From: an uncultured Candidatus Bathyarchaeia archaeon
GTDB lineage: Archaea > Thermoproteota > Bathyarchaeia > 40CM-2-53-6 > JALHTG01
Direction of reading: 5' to 3'
DNA length: 39,252 bases
NCBI GenBank assembly: GCA_964529995.1
Contig: CAZGZF010000002.1
Span: forward strand, 1-39,252
The position numbers and the translations under genes were made by a program. Below the pieces are notes generated by a model, which saw only the letters and a list, made by a program, of their open reading frames with translations, had not been told where the DNA came from and made no database searches. Positions 1 to 7,359 of this stretch are shown here, piece after piece. Numbering within the stretch: the stretch's first letter is position 1; every line of letters starts with the position of its first letter.

Positions 1-1386
1 ATCAGAATATCTTCACCGCTGCTTATCATGCAGTCGAGTGGCGGCATGGCGTCAACAGGCTATGTGTCTGCCAAGCCCGCAAGCATCATTGAATCGGGTC
101 CTGCAGCAGGAGTCGTTGCCTCAGCCTTCTACTCTCGCGTTCTTGGAATTGAGAATGTGATAAGCTTTGACATGGGCGGAACGACAGCTAAGGCAGGCGC
201 TATCAGAGGTGGAGTTATCGAGGTGACTTCAGAGTACGAGGTGGCCGGCGGTGTACACAAGGGAAGAATTACGAAAGGAAGCGGCTATCCAGTAAGAGGA
301 TCATTCGTTGACCTAGCTGAATGCAGCGCGGGAGGAGGCACCATTGCTTGGGTCGATGAAGGCGGAGCATTAAGAGTCGGACCTTTGAGTGCCGGAGCTT
401 CTCCAGGACCAGCGTGCTACGGCACTGGCGGAGCGGACCCCACCGTGACAGACGCGAATCTCCTTCTAGGACGATTGAACCCAAAATACCTACTAAACGG
501 CGAAAAACCGATACACATAGACCTCGCAAAGCACGCCCTAGAAGAGAAGATATGTAGAATTGTCCGAATACCCGTCCTTGACGCCGCGTCGGGGATCGTG
601 AAGATAGTCAACTCGGAAATGGCTAAGATAATATCAATGGTCTCTATCGAGAGAGGCTATGATCCTGCAGATTTCACCATCATAGCCTTTGGGGGCGCTG
701 GCCCCATGCACGTCTGCCCTCTCGCTGAGGACATAGGAATAAGCAGAGTAGTAGTGCCACCCAATCCTGGACTCTTCTCAGCGTATGGCCTCCTCGTTTC
801 AGACTTGAAATATGAAACCACTAGAGCAGTCATGGCCGAAGTAGAAAGCGTTCGAGAAAACCTGGAAATGATTTTTGCCGATATGGAAAGAGGCTTACGG
901 AACACCATGAGCTTCTTCAAAGGAAACGTCGCCGTAGACAGATACTTGGACATGAGGTATGTTGGTCAGTCGTATGAATTACTCATACCGATTGGCAGAC
1001 CCACCAATAACAGCGCTTTGAAAGAAGCTGTGAAAAGATTTCACGAGAGACACAGAGATGTCTACGGCCACTCCGCACAGGACGCTGATGTTGAAGTCGT
1101 GAACGCCAGAGTCGTCGCAGTCGGAGTTGTAGAGAAGCCCAAGCTGAACCCCGTCGAAAAGGGCGGTTCAAACCCTACAGGAGAGAGCATTGTTGAGGAG
1201 AGGAAAGTATTCTTCGAAGAGGCAGGCGGATTCGTCGAATGCCCAGTTTTCAGAAGAGAGAAACTGAAATCAGGCAACACTATTACTGGACCAGCAATCA
1301 TTGAGCAGTACGACTCAACCACTGTTGTCTTCCCTCAATGGACGGCAGAGATAGACGACTACGCAAACATCATTCTGAGAAGGTGA
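1..1386 (+). CDS. hyuA: Hydantoinase/oxoprolinase A-subunit family protein (HyuA-like), 5'-truncated by the window edge
   Basis: Frame 1 is open from nt 1, so the gene continues upstream. The translation carries HyuA-family blocks (L)IMQSSGG, SGPAAGV and ISFDMGGTTAK. Stop is TGA 1384-1386. Confidence 0.85.
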   Translation: MRISSPLLIMQSSGGMASTGYVSAKPASIIESGPAAGVVASAFYSRVLGIENVISFDMGGTTAKAGAIRGGVIEVTSEYEVAGGVHKGRITKGSGYPVRGSFVDLAECSAGGGTIAWVDEGGALRVGPLSAGASPGPACYGTGGADPTVTDANLLLGRLNPKYLLNGEKPIHIDLAKHALEEKICRIVRIPVLDAASGIVKIVNSEMAKIISMVSIERGYDPADFTIIAFGGAGPMHVCPLAEDIGISRVVVPPNPGLFSAYGLLVSDLKYETTRAVMAEVESVRENLEMIFADMERGLRNTMSFFKGNVAVDRYLDMRYVGQSYELLIPIGRPTNNSALKEAVKRFHERHRDVYGHSAQDADVEVVNARVVAVGVVEKPKLNPVEKGGSNPTGESIVEERKVFFEEAGGFVECPVFRREKLKSGNTITGPAIIEQYDSTTVVFPQWTAEIDDYANIILRR

Positions 1387-1391
1387 ACTCT

Positions 1392-3119
1392 ATGATGGAT
1401 GTGGTGACGGTTGAAGTCATAAGAGGTGCCTTGGTATTCGCAGCCGAGGAAATGGGGATTTCACTGAGAAATTCAGCTTATTCTCCAAACATCAAGGAGA
1501 GAGCGGATCATTCGTGCGCGATCTTCACTCCGGATCTGAGGCTCCTAGCCCAGGCTGAGCATATCCCAGTCCACCTTGGCTCTCTGCCCCACGGGGTCAA
1601 GAAAGGAGTACAGAGCTACGATGGCGTCGTTGAAGAAGGAGACATATTGCTATACAATAATCCCTACATAAGTGGAACGCATCTTCCAGACATGACGATG
1701 GTTGCCCCCGTCTATTTTGACGGTAAGGTGGTCGCATATGTCGCGAACAAGGCTCACCACTCCGATGTTGGCGGTAAGACGCCTGCCAGCATGCCCGGAG
1801 ATGCCACTGAACTCTTCCAAGAAGGATTGATCCTGCCGCCAACGAAATTTGTTAGGAACGGCGAGATAGACAGACATGTCCTCAACATAATACTTGCCAA
1901 CGTACGGGAGCCCGGCGTAAGAGCAGGCGATTTGAGAGCTCAAGTCGCCGCAAGCATGCTCGGAATACGTAGAGTGAGACAGATATGCCTGCGGCAAGGC
2001 GTCGAACGATATTCCGAAGCTTCAGAGAGAATCATCGACTACTCCAGTAGAAGATTAAGAAGCGAAATCCAAAAAATGCCGGAAGGAGAGTACGAAGCAG
2101 AGGACTGGATGGAAGGCATAGGTCCCAAAGATGAGCCTGCAAGAATACATGTCAGAATCACCATTGAGAAGGAAAGGATAGGTTTTGACTACACAGGCAC
2201 AAGTAGGCAAGTTGACGGTCCCATAAATGCTGCATACGGCGTCGCAATTGCGGGAATATACTACACGTTGCTCTGCGTCACGGATCCTGACATACCTATG
2301 AACGAAGGATGCTTTGAACCAGTCTCGATAAACATACCTGAAGAAACGATACTCAACCCCAGGATGCCCGCGCCAGTAAGTGCGGGCAACACCGAAACCT
2401 CGCAGAGAAACGTTGACGTACTATTGAAAGCTCTCGCCGGACCGATGCCACACAAGGTATGCGCAGCATGCACCGGATCAATGAATAACATAACACTTGG
2501 AGGAGTCACCGACAAAGGCGAAACCTGGTCAGTCTACGAGACTGTTGCCGGTGGCTATGGCGGCAGACATGGGCTAGATGGAGTCGACGCCATTCACACC
2601 CACATGACGAACACGATGAATACGCCTATAGAATCGATGGAGAGGAATTATCCGATACTCTTCGAAACGTACGCGGTTAGAAGCGGCGGATGTGGGCCCG
2701 GCAAGTGGAGAGGAGGTTGCGGAGTCGAGAGGGCTTGGAGACTCCTATCCCCTTCCGCAGTTCTGTCAGTAATATCAGAGAGATTCAAGATAGCTCCATG
2801 GGGCCTCTCCGGCGGGGGAAACGGAAAGCTTGGAGAAGCATTAGTAGTCAAGGCTACCGGAGAAGAAGTGAGGCTCAGATCGAAGCAGACCACGAGAATT
2901 GAGAAAGGAGACACCTTCATGATCAGGACTGCAGGGGGAGGGGGCTACGGAGACCCCATGGAAAGGGATTCCTTGTCGGTGCTTGAAGATGTCAAGAATG
3001 GCTACGTCTCGTCAGACCAAGCACGTCAAGAATACGGGGTCGTCATTGTGGGTGAGAAGGTTGATCTCAAGAAAACGAGTCAACTGAGAGCACGAAGCAA
3101 GAGTGAATCGCCCTACTGA
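1392..3119 (+). CDS. hyuB: Hydantoinase B/oxoprolinase family protein (HyuB-like)
   Basis: ORF-track 1338..3119. The preferred start is ATG 1392, preceded by AGGTGA at 1381-1386. Family blocks are HIPVHLGS, NNPYISGTHLPD and AGGGGYGDP. It is tightly coupled to the upstream hyuA-like gene. Confidence 0.85.
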   Translation: MMDVVTVEVIRGALVFAAEEMGISLRNSAYSPNIKERADHSCAIFTPDLRLLAQAEHIPVHLGSLPHGVKKGVQSYDGVVEEGDILLYNNPYISGTHLPDMTMVAPVYFDGKVVAYVANKAHHSDVGGKTPASMPGDATELFQEGLILPPTKFVRNGEIDRHVLNIILANVREPGVRAGDLRAQVAASMLGIRRVRQICLRQGVERYSEASERIIDYSSRRLRSEIQKMPEGEYEAEDWMEGIGPKDEPARIHVRITIEKERIGFDYTGTSRQVDGPINAAYGVAIAGIYYTLLCVTDPDIPMNEGCFEPVSINIPEETILNPRMPAPVSAGNTETSQRNVDVLLKALAGPMPHKVCAACTGSMNNITLGGVTDKGETWSVYETVAGGYGGRHGLDGVDAIHTHMTNTMNTPIESMERNYPILFETYAVRSGGCGPGKWRGGCGVERAWRLLSPSAVLSVISERFKIAPWGLSGGGNGKLGEALVVKATGEEVRLRSKQTTRIEKGDTFMIRTAGGGGYGDPMERDSLSVLEDVKNGYVSSDQARQEYGVVIVGEKVDLKKTSQLRARSKSESPY

Positions 3120-3434
3120 TTCACCTCATGCATCAGTGTTTCGATAAGCCAATCCTGCATACCCTACGCCATCTTCATTCTCAAGCTTGGTTTACGCGAA
3201 GAAGAACCCGTTTCTGCGAAAGAGAATACAATGGATCTTGGTCGAAACGACTCAACAGGCCCGGGATAAGCTAGCATGCCCAACGTATACAACATCATTT
3301 CTGTCTGAGCTGGCATTGCGGCCAGAAGGGCTGTCGTTACTGAAGCCACTAGGATTTCTCAGTTCTAGACTTACTTTGTGTTCTGGCAAGGTTAATCAGC
3401 GAGTTAACGCGAGTCAACAAACCGGGTAAGTCAC

Positions 3435-4130
3435 ATGCGCAGGATTGGTCTTATTCTTCCGTCTTCTAACACAACTATGGAGCCTGAGTTCAACCGCATC
3501 ATGTCACGATACGCGACGATCCATTCAGCGCGGATTCGGCTCAGAAACGTAACAACTTCTCAGCTTGAAGCAATGGAGAAAGAAGCAGAAGATGCATCGA
3601 GTGAGCTATGTGACGCGGGTGTCGATCTAATATGTTTCGGATGTACAAGCGGAAGCCTATTCAGAGGTATCGGCCACGATAAAGAGATAGTCCGAAGAAT
3701 CGAAAGTGAGACACGAATTCCCGCTATGGCTACTGCGGGAGCAGTCGTTGAAGCACTTGACGCGCTGGGCATGAAAGAGTTGTCCGTGGCAACTCCTTAC
3801 ACAAGAGAGATTGAACTTCTTGAACGACGGTTTCTCACGGACAGCGGCTTCAAGATCCTCAGCGTGGGCAGTCTTGGTCTATCCGGGAACTTGGATATTG
3901 GCTCGCAACCCCCTGAGGTTGCGTACGCACTGGCAAAGAAGGTACACACAGATGCCTCCGATGGAGTGTTCATAAGTTGCACGAATTTCAGAACGATTGA
4001 GGTTGTGGGAAGGCTCGAGACTGAGCTACGCAAGCCGGTTGTGTCAAGTAACACGGCTAGTGCTTGGAAGGCCTTGCATGTTATGGGCGTCAGGGGCAGC
4101 CTACCGAGTTACGGCAGACTTCTTGCCTGA
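3435..4130 (+). CDS. Asp/Glu/hydantoin racemase superfamily protein (maleate isomerase / arylmalonate decarboxylase-like)
   Basis: 231 aa. The N-terminus is IGLILPSSNTT. Both catalytic-type Cys motifs are present (FGCTSGS and ISCTNFRT), as in two-Cys racemases/isomerases of this superfamily. Confidence 0.7.
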   Translation: MRRIGLILPSSNTTMEPEFNRIMSRYATIHSARIRLRNVTTSQLEAMEKEAEDASSELCDAGVDLICFGCTSGSLFRGIGHDKEIVRRIESETRIPAMATAGAVVEALDALGMKELSVATPYTREIELLERRFLTDSGFKILSVGSLGLSGNLDIGSQPPEVAYALAKKVHTDASDGVFISCTNFRTIEVVGRLETELRKPVVSSNTASAWKALHVMGVRGSLPSYGRLLA

Positions 4131-4739
4131 CGACGCATTCATGATGCGCCTGGCATGCAAAAGATCTCTTCGACTGTTTATGTTGGTGAACATTCTGAGG
4201 TCTGGCTCAGATTTCCTGATTACCTCCGTCGACACGTATAGAACTGTCGTGAGGCCCGATATCATGGCCCTGATTTCATGTCGTCCGCTTCGCAAGGCCT
4301 TGCGCGTAGCCGTCAGGCAGCCGCCGACATCATACACAGAATGTAGCGGCTCAATGTAACCGATTGGCCACCTGGGAATCACTGCATCATATCCCTCTGA
4401 CAAGTCATAGAGAAGACTCATCAGCTCTGCAGATATGAAGGGCATATCACAGCCAACTACCGCAACCTTCTTGCCCGTCACTCTTCGCAGCCCTGACCAC
4501 AGGCCACCTAGCGGCCCCATCCCAGGTGATTCATCAACAGCGAAGACGCAGTTGCTAATGATCTGTGAGTAAGTCTGTCTCTGTTTCTCGGAACCAACAG
4601 CAATCACAACTTCTTGCGCAACATTCCTGATTCTACCGTGAACACGCTCGACCAATGTCTGGTCGCCGATCGCCCAGAGTCCCTTGTCTCTGCCAAACCT
4701 AGTTGAACGCCCGCCCGCAAGTACTATTGCAGAGTTCAT
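4101..4739 (-). CDS. mobA: Molybdenum cofactor guanylyltransferase
   Basis: AIVLAGGRSTRFGRDK nucleotide-binding loop and VGCDMPF motif. ATG 4739 is preferred over the ORF-track start at 4757. The TAG stop overlaps the convergent gene by 30 nt. Confidence 0.75.
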   Translation of the reverse strand: MNSAIVLAGGRSTRFGRDKGLWAIGDQTLVERVHGRIRNVAQEVVIAVGSEKQRQTYSQIISNCVFAVDESPGMGPLGGLWSGLRRVTGKKVAVVGCDMPFISAELMSLLYDLSEGYDAVIPRWPIGYIEPLHSVYDVGGCLTATRKALRSGRHEIRAMISGLTTVLYVSTEVIRKSEPDLRMFTNINSRRDLLHARRIMNASSGKKSAVTR

Positions 4740-4929
4740 TGGCCATAGCACGTTCAATGGCTAGTCTTGCCAGCTGCTCCTTAGTGTGTCCTGATGGTAG
4801 TAGTGACTACACCATTTGCCTTGAATAGCTTATTGTGCTTCCGCACATCGAGGGAAGACACCCACAGCGATAGACACAATGGACTAGAAGCATCAGAATG
4901 GCTATGGTGGCATCCTTCTACAAGACGAT

Positions 4930-5769
4930 TTGACTCGAGTCAAGCATATGATTCTCAGGTTGTTCGCACAGCTTATTCTTGGCCGTGTCTATTACAGTCT
5001 TGAGAGGCGATTGATCAAGGCGGGTTGCTGCGGCTTCGCAGTCAAAGGTGGGGCGAAGGCGTACTACAAGCTCTTCGACGTAGTCGAACTTCAGTCAACA
5101 TTCTATAGATTGCCCAAGATTGAGACGGCGGAGAGATGGAGAAGAGAAGCACCTGAATGGTTTGAGTTCGTGGTGAAGGCTTGGCAGGCAGTGACACATC
5201 CGCCAACAAGTCCTACGTGGCGACACGCGGGGGCGGTCGCACACAAATGGGAGATGCATCACTACGGCCATCTGAAACCCACTCCAAGAAATCTAGAGGC
5301 ATGGAAGAAGACCTTAGAAATATGCAGACAGCTCCATTCGAAAATATGCGTGGTTCAGTGCCCTCCTTCGTTTGTTTACAACAAGGAAAATGTAGGGAAC
5401 ATGAGAAGATTCTTTGACAAGGCTCCAAGGGAGGACTTGGCCATTGCTTGGGAGCCTCGCCACAAGAGCTGGCATGACAATCCAGAGTTCGTCAAGACCC
5501 TATGCACAGAGCTGGATCTTGTCCATGTGGTTGACATATTCAAGAGACAACCCCAATCATCGAGAGACATAGTTTACATAAGGCTTCATGGGCTACCCAA
5601 GGAACTAAGCTACAAGTATTCCTATGTCGACAAGGATTTGGAGATTCTCACTGAAAGAGTGAAGAAGCTGGACGTAAAGCAAACGTATGTGATGTTTAAC
5701 AACATGACTATGGCGAAGGACTGCCTTCGATTCATGGAACTTCTCTCGAAATCCCCGCCATCTCTCTAA
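4930..5769 (+). CDS. DUF72 (UPF0759) family protein
   Basis: Blocks VELQSTFYRLP and WFEFVVKAWQAVTH are typical of DUF72. The start is uncertain: the ORF-track start is TTG 4930, the first ATG is 4948, and the family-like N-terminus (LIKAGCCGF) begins at TTG 5011. Confidence 0.7.
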   Translation: MTRVKHMILRLFAQLILGRVYYSLERRLIKAGCCGFAVKGGAKAYYKLFDVVELQSTFYRLPKIETAERWRREAPEWFEFVVKAWQAVTHPPTSPTWRHAGAVAHKWEMHHYGHLKPTPRNLEAWKKTLEICRQLHSKICVVQCPPSFVYNKENVGNMRRFFDKAPREDLAIAWEPRHKSWHDNPEFVKTLCTELDLVHVVDIFKRQPQSSRDIVYIRLHGLPKELSYKYSYVDKDLEILTERVKKLDVKQTYVMFNNMTMAKDCLRFMELLSKSPPSL

Positions 5770-5819
5770 CACTTCGATAAGCTCGTCAGTATCTCCGTCG
5801 GGTCAAATGAGACCATTCA

Positions 5820-6719
5820 ATGGTCAAGCGAACGCGGATCGCCAGGATCACCTGCGAACAACAACGTCGCGATTCTGAAACCGATCAACGACCTTGTGAT
5901 GACCTTCAACGAGATAGTTTATTTGCTTCATACGTAGCACTGAAACATCAATGTGAACGCAACAAGGTTGCGGTGAAATATGTGATGCATGGGTTGCCAG
6001 AAGTCGGTAAGCCACCAATTCCAGTTCGAGTAAAAGACTTGCTGAGTTTTGCAAGACTAGGTCTAGCCTTGAGCGAAGGATCCCAGATCCTTTGGCACAT
6101 GCAATTCGGAGGAAGACACATCCTAGCCCTTTTCACTGCGTATATGTACTGGAACGGTGATCTTCCTCTCCTAGCATATGTCGATTCTGATCAGAGGCCA
6201 AAACCATTCCTCGCATACAAGAGTGACTCGCCGAAAGGTGAGGAGGTAGCCTTCTGTGACGATGTCGATGATACAAGGTACAAGTACGGATCCTTTGTAG
6301 AGGTCAAGAAGACACCCAAGTTCTTCGAAGATTCTCTCAGGGGTGAGCATCCATCTCCGCCTGAGCCTATGCTTACTGAGGTTGAGAACCTGAACTCCAT
6401 AGTGAGGATTCTACTTCCCCTCTCCTTTAGAGAAGGAACGATATTCCCTCTTTGGCAGTTTAAGCGGAACAGAAAACACATAGTTGGGACATGCATTCCT
6501 TTTGAACATTACTACGAAGCGGACGCGCTACCTGTGTTCTTCTATGTGATTAGGGACGAGCCTTTGAATGCTCCATTCATCAAATATGCTGCCTCGCGTC
6601 CAGCAGGAGAGAAACTCGAATTCTCCAACAACACGTCCGACGCGAAATACTTCTACGTCAAGATAGTAGGTGTAGAAGACTTCCCTATCGTTCCCAAAGA
6701 AGTATCAATGGTTGGGTAA
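5820..6719 (+). CDS. Hypothetical protein with two diverged tandem copies of a ~100-aa module; no family recognised
   Basis: Long ORF with protein-like composition. There is an internal repeat (aa 69-169 vs 188-289). The N-terminal ~55 aa are highly charged and the start is uncertain (alternative ATG 5985). Confidence 0.6.
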   Translation: MVKRTRIARITCEQQRRDSETDQRPCDDLQRDSLFASYVALKHQCERNKVAVKYVMHGLPEVGKPPIPVRVKDLLSFARLGLALSEGSQILWHMQFGGRHILALFTAYMYWNGDLPLLAYVDSDQRPKPFLAYKSDSPKGEEVAFCDDVDDTRYKYGSFVEVKKTPKFFEDSLRGEHPSPPEPMLTEVENLNSIVRILLPLSFREGTIFPLWQFKRNRKHIVGTCIPFEHYYEADALPVFFYVIRDEPLNAPFIKYAASRPAGEKLEFSNNTSDAKYFYVKIVGVEDFPIVPKEVSMVG

Positions 6720-6861
6720 GGATCGATCGGGAAAGCAAGACAGTAACATGTCTCTTCGAAGATTGCTATCAAGCTTCGAACCGATAGGTCTGGGTTGAAG
6801 TCGCTGGGATTGCGCCACGCCGCTATCAGGCCAGGTGACGTCGAAAACACAGAAGCAATAG

Positions 6862-7014
6862 TCAATCAGCCTCAGATTTCCAAAGCTCCTTCTTCAGGAG
6901 GTCCCTGACTGCAGCTCTAATCACTGCGCTCCTATTCTGGTACATCCCAGCTTTAACTAGCTCATCCAGCCCATCCAAGATCGCCTCCGGAAGCTTCACT
7001 GTCACCAATTTCAT
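6862..7014 (-). CDS. Ribbon-helix-helix (CopG/NikR-N-like) DNA-binding protein, 50 aa
   Basis: Not in the ORF track because it is under 60 aa. The minus-strand translation is MKLVTVKLPEAILDGLDELVKAGMYQNRSAVIRAAVRDLLKKELWKSEAD. It matches the classical RHH pattern V.VKLPE..L..LD.LV..G.Y.(N/S)RS..IR.A(V/I)R..L. Start is ATG 7012-7014 and stop is TGA 6862-6864. Confidence 0.75.
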   Translation of the reverse strand: MKLVTVKLPEAILDGLDELVKAGMYQNRSAVIRAAVRDLLKKELWKSEAD

Positions 7015-7284
7015 AGAAGCGCCTCACGAGGTCGTTAGCGAATCACTTGCTTCCTAGCGATAAGATAGTTTGCAACACATTTGTGTAAAATCTCTCTCCG
7101 AGAATCGCTTTGTAGATATGAAAACAAGTTCCCACATCCCTAAACTTTGGCTAACACATTCAGATATGTTGAGAGAGGGGCATGCCTTGATTGATATCTT
7201 ATGCACCTCAGCATGCGAAATAGAGAAATGGGCCCCTAGCCAACGAATAGCGTTGTGAAGTGTGGACCGAAGTTTGCAGCTGGG

Positions 7285-7291
7285 TAATATA
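7285..7291 (+). promoter_or_regulatory. TATA-box-like element upstream of the subtilase gene
   Basis: TAATATA sits in the AT-richer spacer. GGAGG at 7316-7320 follows ~25 nt downstream. Confidence 0.3.
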
Positions 7292-7359
7292 GGAGGCGCC
7301 AAAGAGAGGCCGGTTGGAGGAACGTGATCTTCTGATGCGGGATCTCATTCAGCGCATTC

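Noticed and set aside
3399-3418. Tandem 10-mer GCGAGTTAAC-GCGAGTCAAC ending 17 nt upstream of the racemase-like gene start
   Set aside because: A one-mismatch tandem 10-mer is expected about once by chance in a window of this size. No further copies were seen. It is kept only as a note.
3164-3429. 61-aa minus-strand and 80-aa plus-strand ORFs in the 315-nt spacer between hyuB and the racemase-like gene
   Set aside because: They overlap each other and have non-protein-like composition. One uses a TTG start, neither has an SD, and no motifs are present. There is insufficient evidence to call either of them.
4929-4942. Perfect 14-bp palindrome TTGACTCGAGTCAA upstream of the DUF72 gene
   Set aside because: A 7+7 perfect palindrome is expected about twice by chance in 39 kb (39252/4^7). 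It occurs once, with no second copy, so there is no support for a regulatory role.
6653-6865. 70-aa TTG-started ORF overlapping the RHH stop codon by 4 nt, considered as a toxin partner
   Set aside because: The sequence (MTIASVFSTSPGLIAAWRNPSDF...) matches no toxin fold I know. It runs antisense through the last 67 nt of the 5820-6719 gene. At most it is a degraded remnant.
7054-7302. 82-aa minus-strand and 62-aa plus-strand ORFs in the RHH-subtilase spacer
   Set aside because: They overlap each other in the AT-richer promoter region shared by two divergent genes, and no motifs are present. They are more likely non-coding regulatory DNA.
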